Shown: piece by piece, positions 11,388 through 25,974 of the stretch
Layout: every line of letters starts with the position of its first letter
Position numbering within the stretch: position 1 is the stretch's first letter
Source of the DNA: Octopus sinensis
Taxonomy: Eukaryota
Assembly (NCBI RefSeq): GCF_006345805.1
Contig: NC_043022.1
Coordinates: 6,882,001 to 6,946,000 of the forward strand
DNA: 64,000 bases
Direction: 5' to 3'
Notes under the pieces: generated by a model
Told to the model about the DNA's origin: nothing
Databases searched by the model: none
Seen by the model: only the letters and a program-made list of their open reading frames with translations
Made by a program: the position numbers and the translations under genes

Positions 11388-11770
11388 TGGAAGCACTCCG
11401 TCGGTTACGACGACGAGGGTTCCGGTTGATCCGATCAACGGAACAGCCTGCTCGTGAAATTAACGCGTAAGTGGCTGAGCACTCCACAGACACGTGTACC
11501 CTTAACGTAGTTCTCGGGGATATTCAGCGTGACACAGAGAGTGACAAGGCCGGCCCTTTGAAATACAGGTACAACAGAAACAGGAAGTAAGAGTGAGAGA
11601 AAGTTGTGGTGAAAGAGTACAGCAGGGATCACCACCATCCCCTGCCAGAGCCTCGTGGAGCTTTAGGTGTTTTCGCTCAATAAACACTCACAACGCCTGG
11701 TCTGGGAATCGAAACCGCGATCCTATGACCGCGAGTCCGCTGCCCTAACCACTGGGCCATTGCGCCTCCA
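11388..11770 (-). mobile_element. SINE family C (tRNA-derived head), full length
   Basis: Minus strand GGAGGCGCAATGGCCCAGTGGTTAGGGCAGCGGACTCGCGG...GGTTTCGATTCC (A and B boxes). Imperfect TSD CCTATTGCGGAT/CCCATTGTGGAT. Confidence 0.9.
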
Positions 11771-12702
11771 CCCATTGTGGATTACACCTTCCTCAATAAC
11801 CTGATTCACAATTCCGGTGACCAGACTCTATCCAATTCTGCCAGATATTTGAAGCATCCCACCAGTAACTCCGTCTTCATATCTCTAAAGTGCCTTATAT
11901 ATGTGTGTGTGTGTGTCTGTATGTGTGCATGTGAGAGGTACACTATATTTTATCAACCCTGGAAGGATGAAAAATAAACTCAACCTATGTGAGATTTGAA
12001 CTTGCACTCTAAAAGGTCAGAACTAAATATAACAAACCCTTTCTTCTGCCAATTTGATCTACTCTTCCCCAGGCCCCTGACTTTATTATTATCCATTCTT
12101 TTACTCTTTTCAGTCATTGGGCTGTGACCATGCTGGGGCTCTGCTTTGCAGGGTTCAGGTGAATAAATTGACCCCGGTACTTGAGTTTTAAGGCCTGGTA
12201 CTTATTATTTTGGTCTCTTTTGCTGAACCACTAAGTTATGGGAAAGTAAACAAAGCAACACCGGTTGTCAAGTGGTGGTGGAGGGCAAACAAAAGCACAG
12301 ACACACACACACACGACGGGCTTCATAGTTTTTCAAACTCCAAATACCACTTCTGAGGCATTGGTCAGTTCAGGGTTGTCATAGAAAACTCTTGCTTATT
12401 GTAACTGACAATGAATTTGAACCCAAAACCATGTTGTTAGTAAAGCACCTTTCTTAAGGATAAGCTTATATATATACCTTTTCAGCACCCCTTTGTGTGT
12501 GTATGTTTCATCATCATCATCATCATCATCGTTTAACGTCCGTTCTCCATGCTAGCATGGGTTGGACGGTTCGACTGGGGATCTGGGAAGCCAGAAGACT
12601 GCACCAGACTCCAGTCTTATCTGGCAATGTTTCTACAGCTGGATGCCCTTCCTAACGCCAACCACTCCGTGTGTGTAGTGGGTGTTTTTATATATATAAA
12701 AC

Positions 12703-12918
12703 ACATGAGGGAATGCTGAAAAGTTCCTGGTTTTAAGGGTTTTGCGAAAGGCCTGGGTGGAGGCTCAACCTTCTGGGCTGTTTTACTGAGCTTAGAAAAA
12801 CTGAAGGACCACTGCAATAAGTGTGTGAATCTGAGAGGGAGTATGCTGAATAACATCCTAATTAATCATCGTGTATTTTCTTTTACCCAAAGCCAGCCAT
12901 TTTTCAGTACCCCCTTGT
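12703..12918 (+). mobile_element. Internally deleted mariner-like element (MITE)
   Basis: Imperfect TIRs GAGGGAATGCTGAAAA / TTTTCAGTACCCCCTTG; internal residue ..KDHCNKCVNLRG.. resembles a mariner transposase C-terminus. Confidence 0.6.
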
Positions 12919-13384
12919 TTTATATATGTGTGTGTGTGTTTATGAGTTTATGCAGGTGAAATAAATTTATTTTCTAACCAGGAATGGAAACCAGTTTTCT
13001 TGAGAATTCCTAATCTTCTCAAAAACATTTGTGACAGCAACAACAATAAACTAATAGAAAGATGGTGACAATAAACAAAACAATGCACACAATAACACGG
13101 ATTGTCCATGTACTACCACCACCACCACCACCAATAACAACATAGACACTACAACCACTACAATGTTGCTACTGTATGCAACAATGTATGCATTCACACA
13201 CCCACATACACACACACACACACCTCAATCGGATGTCCTGGATTTCAGCTGCATAGAATTCTGCATTATACTCTTCTGTGTTGAATTGTTATGTGGTCTG
13301 ATAGCCAGGTTTGCTCGAAGAGCTTACTGTAATAGCCACATGATTCTATGAATCCATGTATGTATGTATGGATGTATGCATATA

Positions 13385-14235
13385 TAGGGTGCGATGGGTA
13401 AATTGTCACCATTTTTTATTTTAATTTTGTGCGTATGCATTGATCATTTTATATTTTGTCAACTACACAGTGTAGTAGGGTCAGTTGGGCACTGTCTGTG
13501 AGCAAAACAGCACCATGATGCAATTTGCTGTGCCAGAAATTTGGAAATGACATGCTGTTATGCTTGGCATTTGCACCAGAAGCTCCAATACGTACAGATG
13601 GTGAACACACAGAACCACCATTGGCTTTTGCCATGTCCTCAAAACATGTACCAAGAGAGATAAAAATCAAGCATCCAGTCAACATCATGGTGTTTGGAAT
13701 GATCACTAGTGATGGTGATGTTATGCCTCCATCCTTCTTTCCACACGGCCTCAGACTCAACACAGAGGCCTACATCAAGTGCCTAGAGGAGGTAGTACTG
13801 CCCTAGGTCAAGAGGGTGGCTGCTGGAAGACCCTATGTCTGGCAACAGGACTCTGCACCATGCCACACAAGCAGGAGAACCCAGTCATGGCCGTCAGACA
13901 ATTTCTGCAACCACATCACCCCTAACATCTAGTCACCTAACTCCCCAGACTGCAACCCCCTTGATTATTATGTGTGGGGTGCAGTTGAGTGAGAGACCAA
14001 CAAAACTCTTTGTAACACCAAAGATGAACTGAAGGCAAGGATTATGGCAGCATTCACCAACTTAAACAAGGAGACCGTCCAGAAGAGTTTACAGGAGATT
14101 CCAAAGTCGTCTGGAGGCTGTAGTTGGAGCCAATGGCGATTTTAGTGAATAAATTTACTCTTTAGTGTTTCAAGATATTTTTATGTAATTTTGGTAAACA
14201 TATGTTTAAACGAGATGTCAGTGTTATTTTCATGT
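13385..14235 (+). mobile_element. Tc1/mariner superfamily fossil, maT (DD37D) transposase pseudogene
   Basis: IMVFGMITSDG...YVWQQDSAPCHTS...SPDCNPLDYYVWG with 37 residues between the 2nd and 3rd catalytic D, and in-frame stops. Left end TAGGGTGCGATGGG; right TIR not found. Confidence 0.85.
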
Positions 14236-14622
14236 ATGTACATGTGTGCATATATTTGTGTGTACATATGTGTGTGTGTGTGTGTATGCATGAAGTGAAG
14301 TGCGTTGCCTTTGTCAAATCTGTTGACATATTGTAATGTGAAATCCCAGTCAGTTAATTTATTCATAAACGAAGTTGTAATGACATTCTCGGCAACAACA
14401 ATAGTGTCAGAATTAAATGCATTCACGCGCACACATACACACACACACACACACAGACAGACTGAGAGTGGCCTGGCACATGCACACACATTTATGTATA
14501 TACAAATGTACAACCATACTTACATATACTTATGTGTGTGTGTATCCAGAAATACATGTATGTATATATATATATATGTATGTATTATGTATGTATATAT
14601 ATATGTGTGTGTATCTATGTAC

Positions 14623-14668
<46 letters not shown>

Positions 14669-14689
14669 GCCAGAGCAACAAGCTGGTGT

Positions 14690-15092
14690 CTGAGCTGATG
14701 GCATGTTAAAAAAATCATTCGAGTGTGATCATTACCTGTGTCACCTTACTAGCACTTGTGCTGGTGGCACATGAAAAAACATTCGAGCGAGGTCGTTGCC
14801 AGTGCCACCGGACTGGCTCCTGTGCAGGTGACACATAAAAAGCACCATTTGAGCGTTGCTGTTGCCAGTACTGCCAGACTGGCCCTCGTGCCGGTAGCAT
14901 GTAAAAGCACCCACTACACTCTCAGAGTGGTTGGCGTTAGGAAGGGCATCCAGCTGTAGAAACTCTGCCAGATCATATTGGAAAATTGGAGTCTGGTGCA
15001 GCTATCTGGTTCGCTAGTCCTCAGTCAAATTGTTCAACCCATGCTAGCATGGAAAGCAGACGTTAAACGACGATGACGATGATGATGATGAT
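14690..15092 (+). mobile_element. SINE-like family D with diverged 62-63 bp units
   Basis: Colinear with 25485-25942. Confidence 0.8.
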
Positions 15093-15499
15093 ATACACAC
15101 ACACACACACACACATAATACTCACAGATCCACCAATTCACGCACCAAACAGGATATTACAGCAATTTCTCCCCCTTCCAGCCATTGCCAATCTGCAGTG
15201 AGCCCCCCCCCCCACCTGACAACCTTGAGGAAAACCTTGACCTGAAACTTATTTTACACTCTTCAGAGCAAAATAAACCTTTCAAATAAGCCAACTCTCA
15301 TTATTAACTGACAATCCAATGATGACCATCCTTTCTATGTCAATACTATATCATTTCCATTGTGTCCTTGCTTTGTAGTCAGTGATTTCATTGTTATTTC
15401 CAGCATGCTTGTTGTCCACATAAACCAGTCACTTTTCAGTGTTTTTCCTTGGAAATAGCACTAAATGTGCCATGGAACTATGAGTGTCATGGCACTATG

Positions 15500-15946
15500 G
15501 GTGTTGTAATGACATGCATAAGATCTGGTCATCAAATCTAAGTAGAGACTTCAAACTTGAAATCTTCAAAGCCACAGTCGAACCAATTCTACTATATGGC
15601 TCAGAAACCTGGACGTTATCAAAGAAGCTTGAGAGGCGGTTGGGTGGAACCTACACTCGCCTCCTTATGAGAGCTCAAAATCTCTCATAGAAGCGTCATC
15701 TAACCAAAATGCAAATATATGGGAAACTACCACCTGTGTCATCTCTTGTGAAAGGTAGGAGAGTCCAGTTTGCTGGACATTGTTGTAGAGCTGAAAAAGA
15801 AGTAATTTCTACTCTTCTCCTCTGGAAGCCATCTACTCGCAATACCAGAGGGCGCACACTCTCCTACCCTGATGCAATCTCCGGAGATACAGGCATCCAG
15901 CAACAGGACCTCTGTAATGCTATGATGAACAATGATGATGATGATG
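15500..15946 (+). mobile_element. RTE-like LINE 3' fragment (same family as 4144-4408)
   Basis: KIWSSNLSRDFKLEIFKATVEPILLYGSETWTL...VQFAGHCCR; (GAT)n tail. Confidence 0.85.
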
Positions 15947-16804
15947 GGTGTTGTGGCACAACTGTAGGTTTTCAAATAAATATTGAGGCCTGCTGCATAT
16001 AGTTGCATATGCTGCACTTCGTTGCAGAATAAGAAAAATGCAAGGGTGATGTGGGGCACTTTGCTAAGTGTCCTGGTATTTTCTGGGGAGAATATTTTCT
16101 GTGGCACACAAGGGGAACATAGATGGTACACAAATGACACACTGGCAGAACTTAAATGGCTACTAGTAGTACATTGATGGCACACAAGGGGAACATAGAT
16201 GACACACATGCAGGACATAGATGGCACATATGTGGAACACTAGCAAAACTTATATGGCACGCTAGTGGCACATATGTGGAATACCTGTACATGTATATGT
16301 CACACCTGTGGACATATGTAACACATCCGTAACACACACAGCACACCTGCAGCACATGTGACAGTCCTGTGGTACTGAATGAACCACCCATGTTTCCAGA
16401 GGTGAATTATCCAAACCCCAAAGATTCCCTCCCAACACACAGCTATGATGCTCCCCCACTACTTCTGCTCATGATCAGAGATGCACATATAAATCAGCCA
16501 CAAAGGGACATCTCAACTGGTTAAGGTCAAATAACTGACAAGCAAATCTGTGGTATTGAGCAGAATATTTGCTGTAGCCCATCTTTTATAGCAAGACCAA
16601 ACAATGTACACGATAATAGTTCCAATCAGTTAAGATCAGAAGCCATGAGAGCCACCGTCTAGTACTGCATCAGGACATGTTGTTGTTGTTGTTGCTGCTG
16701 CAGCAGCACCACCACCAGTGCTAATAGTGTTATTGATGTTGTAGCAGTTTTTTGTCAATTCTTAATAAGCTGACACCCCACCCATGACCCTCTCCATTTT
16801 TTTA

Positions 16805-17230
16805 GGCGCAGGAGTGGCTGTGTGGTAAGTAGCTTGCCTACCAACCACATGGTTCTGGGTTCAGTCCCACTGCATGGCATCTTGGGCAAGTGTCTTCTGC
16901 TATAGCCCCGGGCCGACCAATGCCTTGTGAGTGGAATTGGTAGACGGAAACTGAAAGAAGCCTGTCGTATATATGTATATATATATATAAGTGTGTGTGT
17001 ATATGTTTGTTTGTGTGTTTGTGTTTGTCCCCCTAGCATTGCTTGACAACCGATGATGGTGTGTTTACGTCCCCGTCACTTAGCGGTTCGGCAAAAGAGA
17101 CCGATAGAATAAGTACTGGACTTACAAAAGAATAAGTCCCGGGATCGATTTGCTCGACTAAAGGCGGTGCTCCAGCATGGCCGCAGTCAAATGACTGAAG
17201 CAAGTAAAAGAGTAAAAGAGTAAAAGAGTA
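16805..17230 (+). mobile_element. SINE family A, full length
   Basis: A/B-box head through (GAGTAAAA)n tail. Confidence 0.9.
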
Positions 17231-18788
17231 TATCCTGTATTTCAAGCAGGAACAATAAAACTTAAACGACATGGTTTTTTTTCTTTTCTTTTATGTGAGA
17301 CTCAATGGATTTGGCTAAAAAGAAATTCTATGTAAAGTGGCTGGGGTTAAGGAGGGCATCCAGGTGTAAAAAGCGTGCCTAGCAGACCTTGCCGGTGGGG
17401 TGTGGGGGTGCCAGGTTAAAAGCATCCAGTCCACTCTACAAAGTGGTTGGCTTTGGGAAGGGCAGCGTCCCATCGTTGAAACCAGACCTAAACAGATAAC
17501 GGAACCTAGAACAGTCCTCTGGCTTACCAGCGTTTGTTGAACTGTCCAATCCATGCCAGCATGGAAAGAGGACACAGGATGATGATGATAGAAATATTTA
17601 TATGAAACTGCAGATGATAGGGACACTGCAGTAAAGAGATTATTGAAGAAATTAGGGGACAGAAAGCTTTGTTGTTACTTTTGAGCCACATCATCAAATA
17701 TGTTTTTGTGCAGTAGCAGAGCAGATGGACTGCGATTTCTAAAGTATAGTCCTTGATTTAGCTGCTATTTCTGACAGATTATGCAGTCCTATAGAGTACC
17801 CCCACCATCACATTGCAGTTGTTGTTTAGCCCCAGGTCAGCCTTGATCTAGCAGACCTTCAATCAGAAGTATGCCAGCCATGACCATCCCATCTGGTAAG
17901 GTGCGTCTGGGCTTCGATTATCTAATGTGTTGCCTGAAGGAAATTGACTGCTATTTCTAAAATCTAGTTCTAGATTTGGCTGCTATTTCTAATAGATTGT
18001 GCAGTCTCAAACAATAGGTTTTTTGTTTTTTAACCTTTAGACGACAGTATATGGTTTGAGGGAGGTTTTACTCCTATTTCTAGCAGGAAGTGACTTTATA
18101 CAGGCACCCTTCATGTCTCGGAGGGTTTTGGAAGTTTTACTGGTGGGGAAGGTGGGTAGGTGTGTGGGGTAGTTTGGTATTAAGGGAGTTAATATAAAGG
18201 CTGAGGCATGGCACCCCTCCCCCCACAAACAACAACAGCAATTTAAAAAAACAAAAACAGGAAAAATAAAGAAATAAAAAAGTAAATAAAAGGAACTGTT
18301 CTTAGAAAGTCCCTAAAAAAGGTCAGGAGTCAAATAAGTTTGGTAAAAATTGGTGGCGCATTTTGGGGTTGAAGGTCAAAGTGGTGCCTTGTGAAGGTCA
18401 GACTGTTTTATAGACAGATAGACACACAGACAGACAGTCTCAGACATTCACACACACACACACGTGCACATGCGCAGAGAAATTACCATCACAGTCTTGG
18501 TTCTTAACGGGGCACATAGCAGCTATTGTGTGTGTGTGTGTGTTTGTGTGTGTGTGTCCATGTGTGTGTATGTGTGCCTGTGTATATGTGTGTGTATGTG
18601 TGTGCATGTGTGTCTGTCCATGTGCATGTATATGTACCTGTGTGTGTATGTGTGTGTGTTAGTGAAGACTGCACCAGATCAAAATAGAAAGAAACAGGAA
18701 CATATAATTAACGTGCCTCTCCCCCCATGCCACTCACTACTAGTGGAATCATTAATACATTGGACAAAATACTTAGTGGTATTTCTTC

Positions 18789-19045
18789 TGGCGAGCTGGC
18801 AGAATCGTTAGCATGCCGGGTGAAATGCTTAGTGGTATTTCGTCTGCCGTTACATTCTGAGTTCAAATTCCGCCGAGGTAGACTTTGCCTTTCATCCTTT
18901 CAGGGTCGATTAAATAAGTACCAGTTACGCACTGGGGTCGATATAATCGACTTAATCCGTTTGTCTGTCCTTGTTTGTCCCCTCTGTGTTTAATGGGTAG
19001 TAAAGTTTAGTGTTTAGTGGGTAGTAAAGAAATAGGTATTTCTTC
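18789..19045 (+). mobile_element. SINE family B, well-preserved copy nested in an older B copy
   Basis: GGCGAGCTGGCAGAATCGTTAGC...GAGTTCAAATTCC...GCCTTTCATCCTTT; GGTATTTCTTCTG appears on both sides (TSD-like). Confidence 0.85.
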
Positions 19046-19656
19046 TGATTCCTGATGTTCTGAGTTCAAGCCCCACCGAGGGCTACTCTGCCTTTCCTCC
19101 TTTTGTGGGGGGGTCAAAAAAGTAAAGTACCAGGCATGTACTGGGGTTGATGTAATTAAATTGCTCCTCCCCTCAAAAATTGTTGCTCCTGTGTCAGAAG
19201 TAGATTGAATTATGTTTGGTGATTATTGCGAAAGCGGTTTTGTGGTGGGCCAGACTGGAACGACTGAAGACAGACCCTTCCTTCTTGGGCCGTCTTTAGC
19301 CCTCTTCGACTTTTTAAAAAAAATTTCATTTGAAAAGAGGGGTGGGGGTTGAGAGGGATGTGCTGGCCCTTCTCCCCTGCCAAATTTGTTGGAATGTGGG
19401 TAAATATGGGGTGGAAGGAAGGTCCGAATAAGTGGGCCTGGTCTAAGCCAGCGCCTGGTCACAGAGGAGTATGGAGGAGAGAAGGGCTCTTGCCATGGTA
19501 CTCCGAGTGAATAGGGTCATCTTGCAATCTGTGGGGGTTCCTTGGTTGCTCCTGGCTGGTGGTTCCTCTCCCCCAATTAGTGATTTTATTAAGATTTTTT
19601 TTTGCAAATTATTTTTTTTATTACTGCTGTTTGTGAAGGTACGTGGTTTAGTGGTT

Positions 19657-20720
19657 AGGGTCTTTGGCTCACAGTTGTAATGTCATCATGAGTTCAATTC
19701 CAGGTGGCACGTTGGTTCCTTGAGCAAGATACTTTTTTTCCAGTCCACTCAGCTGGCAAAAATTAAGTTGTATCAGTAATTCAAAGGGGCCAGCCTTGTC
19801 ACATTCTGTGTCACGCTGAATTCTCCCTGAGAACTACATTAAGGGTATACAAGTGTCTGTGGAGTACTCAGCCACTTACTCTTTTACTTTTTTACTTATT
19901 TGACTGCAGCCATGCTGGAGCATTGCCTTAAAGGGTTTTTTAGTTGAAGAGATCGACCCCAGGATTTATTCTTTGTAAGTCTAGTACTTATTTTATCAGT
20001 CTTTTTCTGAACTGCTAAGCTATGGGGATATAAACACACCAACACTGGTTGTCAAACAGTGGTGGAGGACAAACACACACACACATATACTCTTACTTTT
20101 TCACTCTTATTTGTTTCAATCATTTGACTGTGGCCATGCTGGAGTATCACCTTAAGGGGTTTTAGTTGAACAAATAGATGCCAGACTTATTCTTTGTCAA
20201 CCTTGTACTTATTCTGTTGATCTCTTCTCTGAACTGCTAAGTTATGGGGATGTAAACGCACCAACATCGGTTGTCAAGCAATGGTGTGGGGAACAAACAC
20301 AGACACAAGCACATAAATATATACATATATATATATAGGCACAGGCGTGACTGTGGGAAGAAGCTTGCTTCATAATCACATGGTTCCAGGTTCAGTCTCA
20401 TTGCGTGGTACCTTGAATCTTCTATTATAGCCTCAGGCCAACCAAAGCCTTGTGAGTGGATTTGGTAGACAGAACCTGAAAAAGAAGCCCGTCATATATA
20501 TATATATATATATTTGTGTGTCTGTGTTTGTACCCCCCACTATTGCTTGATAATTGATGTTGGTGTGTTTATGTCCCTGTAACCTAGTGGTTCAGCAAAA
20601 GAGACCAATAGAATAAGTACCAGGCTTATAAGGAATAAGTCCAGGGGTCGATTTGTTTAACTAAAGGTGCTGCTCGAGCATGGCTGCAGTCAAATGACTG
20701 AAACAAGTAAAAGAATAAAA
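19657..20720. mobile_element. Stack of diverged SINE C and SINE A copies in both orientations
   Basis: C-like at 19657-19880 (+); A-like at about 19880-20335 (two minus fragments) and 20338-20720 (+). Confidence 0.75.
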
Positions 20721-21451
20721 GATATATATATATATATATATAAGAAAGTTGGTTTGTGAAAGCACGTGGTTGAATATATAGAAAATAGAAAAAAGTGAAA
20801 AAACTACAGAAGGCTTAAAGGTTAAAAAATATATATATTTTTGCGTCAATATGTCTGAAGAATATTAAAAATTTTTTTTCCTTACAATGACATAGTTTAG
20901 AAGAAAGACCGGTTTCGCGTTTAGCTTTTCAAATTTCTTACGACGTTATGTTTATATATATATATAGGATAGGCTTCTTTCAGTTTCTGTCCACCAAATC
21001 CACTCACAAGGCTTTGGTCGGCCTGTGGCTGTAGTAGAACACACTTGCCCTAAGTTCCACACGAGTAGGCTGTTCCATTTATCAGATCAACTGGAACCTA
21101 TGTCTTCATAACCGAACGACTGCCTCTCATATTATTATTTTTACATGTTTCTGTCTAAATCCCCACTGTCCTTTTGGCTTTGTATTGTCCTAAATATTTT
21201 TGCAGCCCTTGTGGCTAATAACAAAAGAATTCTCATTGCCAGCTGCTAGAATTGTTGGTGTGTCAAACAAATTGCTTGGCAGTATTTGTGTTGGTTCTTT
21301 ACATTTTGAGTTCAAATTCCACTGAGGTCAATTTTACCTTTCATCCTTTCGGGGTCAATAAATTAAGTACCAGTTGAATACTGGGGTTGACATGATTGAC
21401 TTGTTCCTCTCCACAGAATATCAGCCTTTTGCCTATAGTAGTAGAAAGGAT

Positions 21452-21452
21452 T

Positions 21453-21484
<32 letters not shown>

Positions 21485-22351
21485 TATTATTATTATTATT
21501 ATTATCATTATTATTATTATTATTATTATGGAAGCGAGCTGGCAGACTTGTTAGGACACTGGGCAAAATGAGTTCTAATTCTGATGAGGTTGATTTTGCC
21601 TCTCATCCTTTCAGGGTCAATAAATTAAGTACCAGTTGCGTACTGGGGTTGATCTAATCGACTGGGTCCCTCCCCCAAAATTTCAGGCCTTGTGTCTATA
21701 GTAGAAAGGATCGTTATTATTATTGAGTGAGAGAGCAGGTACAAATATACGAAGCCCAGTATACCCATCATGACTACCCTTCTAATAAGAGTAGGCCAGG
21801 TGCGTGCATCACAACCATATGTGCACGACAGAGTGATCTCATATCAAGATAAACAGCGAATTATCTTGCAGGTGGGGCCCTGTTAGAATTTCCTTCAGGT
21901 TGAGTAGCCCATCTGCTCAAAAGGTCCCAGAATGAAGGCTGTTTAAGGATGTTGAACAAAACACCCATGTTTCCAAAGGTGAATTATCCAAACCCCAAAG
22001 AATCCCTCTCAACACATGGCTATGATGGTCCCCCACTACTCCTGCTCGAGATCAGAGATGCACATATAAATCAGCCACTAAGGGACATGCTCAACTGGTT
22101 ATGGTCAAACAACTGACAAGCAAATCTGTGGTATTGAGCAGAATATTTGTTGTAGCCCATCTTTTATACCAAGACAAAACGATGTTGTTGTTGTTGTTCT
22201 TCTTCTTCTTCTCCTTCTTCTTCTTCTTCTTCTTCTTCTTCTTCTTCTTCTTCTTCTTCTTCTTCTTCTTCTTCTTCTTCTTCTTCGCCTTCTTCTTCTT
22301 CTTCTTCTTCTTCTTCTTCTTTCTTCTTCTTCTTCTTCGCCTTCTTCTTCT

Positions 22352-22383
<32 letters not shown>

Positions 22384-23240
22384 TATTATTATTATTATTA
22401 TCATTATTATTATTATTATTATTATGGAAGCGAGCTGGCAGACTTGTTAGGACACTGGGCAAAATGAGTTCTAATTCTGATGAGGTTGATTTTGCCTCTC
22501 ATCCTTTCAGGGTCAATAAATTAAGTACCAGTTGCGTACTGGGGTTGATCTAATCGACTGGGTCCCTCCCCCAAAATTTCAGGCCTTGTGTCTATAGTAG
22601 AAAGGATCGTTATTATTATTGAGTGAGAGAGCAGGTACAAATATACGAAGCCCAGTATACCCATCATGACTACCCTTCTAATAAGAGTAGGCCAGGTGCG
22701 TGCATCACAACCATATGTGCACGACAGAGTGATCTCATATCAAGATAAACAGCGAATTATCTTGCAGGTGGGGCCCTGTTAGAATTTCCTTCAGGTTGAG
22801 TAGCCCATCCTGCTCAAAAGGTCCCAGAATGAAGGCTGTTTAAGGATGTTGAACAAAACACCCATGTTTCCAAAGGTGAATTATCCAAACCCCAAAGAAT
22901 CCCTCTCAACACATGGCTATGATGGTCCCCCACTACTCCTGCTCGAGATCAGAGATGCACATATAAATCAGCCACTAAGGGACATGCTCAACTGGTTATG
23001 GTCAAACAACTGACAAGCAAATCTGTGGTATTGAGCAGAATATTTGTTGTAGCCCATCTTTTATACCAAGACAAAACGATGTTGTTGTTGTTGTTCTTCT
23101 TCTTCTCTTCTTCTTCTTCTTCTTCTTCTTCTTCTTCTCTTCTTCTTCTTCTTCTTCTTCTTCTCCTTCTTCTTCGCCTTCTTCTTGCCTTCTTCTTCTT
23201 CTTCTTCTTCTTCTTCTTCTTCGCCTTCTTCTTCTTATCA
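21452..23240. repeat. About 900-bp near-perfect tandem duplication bounded by microsatellites
   Basis: 21452-22350 versus 22351-23240; the non-microsatellite parts differ by about one indel. Confidence 0.9.
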
Positions 23241-23847
23241 TCATCATCATTATTATTGATTGAGTGAGAGAGCAGTGCTTGCCATCAAAGTGACACTGGG
23301 GTAAAATATACGAAGCCCAGTATACCCATCACGACAATCCCTCTGATAAGGGTACACTAGGCTCATGCTTATTTATTATTATTATTATTATTATTTAGAT
23401 AAACTGTAGCAGTAGCAGCTTAGTTTGTATTTTGAGAAACGACTCACTAACCTTAACTACTCACTGACACCATCTGCGTAAAAGAATAATAGTTAAGTTA
23501 ATGTTAAACTTTAAATATCAATTAAACATAAATATATAATTTGAAATAATTACTGTTGTTGTTGTTGTTGTAGCCCATTAGGTCAGCCATGAAATAATCA
23601 GCAAACCGGTGTGACTGGTTGTTTAACCTGCTAGAAATAACAGCTATATCACCCGCAAATCATAAATGCTGCTTACAATAAAGGAAGGACGTATTAGGTA
23701 ATGCAGTCTTAGATATTCAAAACAGTTGGATGGTCATGGTTGGAACATCTTTGATCGCTGATCTGGGGGTTAGGACTATACCTAGGATTAAATAACTAGT
23801 TTGGATTTTGTATTTATATCACATGTAAGAGCTGTGAACCTTGTCAA

Positions 23848-23892
<45 letters not shown>

Positions 23893-24335
23893 CACATATG
23901 CATGCACACACACTCACACATGTATACAAATATTCTAATACATACACATACATGCAGCCTGCTCATATCTAAATAAACAAATATACACACAAGCATACAA
24001 TTGCACATAAACATAGACGTATAGATACACATACATACACACACATACAGTTATACATCAACACACACACACACACACACTTACGCTCACAGATATCTAT
24101 ATATACACAGATATACACACACAAATACACTTATATACACAGTTGTGCTCACACATATACACACAAAGCTATATACATAGATACACACACACACCAACAC
24201 ACACATATACACATACATACACTCAGTTACACTCACACATACACACAAAGGTATATAGATGCACACACACACACACACACACTCATTTACACATACACAA
24301 ATCTATACCTCTTAGATACAAACATCAACACTCAT

Positions 24336-24373
<38 letters not shown>

Positions 24374-24917
24374 AGAGAATCCCCTGCCCCATTCCTGTTG
24401 AAAGCCTGATCTTTCAAAGACCATCATGCTCTGCCAATTATCCCAGTGGTCAAGTTTTGACTTAATTGACCAATCAGTGATGGGTTAATTGGTTAGTGAT
24501 AGGTTAATTATCTCTCACTCTCTCTCCCTCCCTCTCTCTCTCTCTCTCTCCCTTTCTACCATTCCTTCATCCAGGGAGAGACAGATAACAACTCCACTAC
24601 TGGCGCCATCAGATCGTACTTTGGAAAGACAGCAAGAGGGTGGAACGGGGGGCGGGGGGAGTTAGTTAATAGCTGTAATTAAAGAGGGGAATGTACACAC
24701 GTACAGGCATGCACACAAACATGCTTATACACACATCTATTTACATGCTTCTTCTATACTTAGACCCATACATGGATACATATACATGCTTATTCACAGA
24801 CACACATCATACGTGCACACAAATGCGTATTTGTATGTATACACTCATATGTATAATTAGATGTACATACACATGCACTTATATGTTTGTGTATGTATGT
24901 ATGTGTGTGTGTGTGTG

Positions 24918-24979
<62 letters not shown>

Positions 24980-25484
24980 ACGTGCACATATATGTATGCA
25001 TGTATGTATGTACGTATATACACACACATACATATGCATACATACATGGGTGTGTGTGAATCCATCTGTGTATGTGTCTGTGTTGCTCTTATATCCAACA
25101 TACTTCATTCTCAAATGGCACAGTCCACCATACCGCAAATGGGTACCACAGGATAGGTATTTCTAACTGCTGTAAGTGGTGGCAGCACTGTCAAGTTACC
25201 AAGTGTTTCGTTAGCCTGCATCGATACAACCACCAGTCCCTTTTTCTGCTAACTCAGTCCATTGCTTGGTCATCATCAATTATTTTATTGGTCACTCACT
25301 CACGGTTTGAAAGTTGTTTGGTCTAAAGGCAGAGGCTGTCCCCCTGTTTTGCATCCTCCATTTATCCACTACATATACCCAATTTCTCTCTCTCCAATCA
25401 CTTACACTCTGTTGCAAAGCCCACTGACATTAACCATCCAGCAGAACAAGCTGGCTTCATACATACACACATGCACAACCAAAT

Positions 25485-25942
25485 TCGATGACTGGCACCC
25501 GTGCCAGTGGAGCGCTAACAGCTCCATCTGAGCAGGATCACTGCCAGAGCAGCTGTCTGGCTTCCATGCTGGTGGCACATAAAGAGCACCATTTGAGTGT
25601 GATCATTACCAGTGTCGCCTCACTGGCACTTGTGCCGGTGGCACGTGAAAAAACATTCAAGCGAGGTCGTTGCCAGTGCCGCTGAACTGACTCCTGTGCA
25701 GGTGACACATAAAAAACACCATTTGAGTGTGGCTGTTGCCAGTACCGCCAGACTGGCCCTCGTGCCGGTGACACGTAAAAGCACCCACTACACTCTCGGA
25801 GTGGTTGGCATTAGGAAGGGCATCCAGCTGTAGAAACTCTGCCAGATCAGATTGGAGCCTGGTGCAGCCATCTGGTTCGCCAGTCCTCAATCAAATCGTC
25901 CAACCCATGCCAGCATGAAAAGTGGACGTTAAATGATGATGA
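25485..25942 (+). mobile_element. SINE-like family D with about 5 diverged units
   Basis: Recurrent GTG(G/A)CAC(A/G)TAAAA..CACC every 62-63 bp, then the family body and (GAT)n. Confidence 0.85.
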
Positions 25943-25974
25943 TATATATATATATACACACACACACACACGTA

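Noticed and set aside
19225-19600. Possible LINE or coding remnant
   Set aside because: Homopolymer-rich, possibly low-quality sequence; no motif I can assign.
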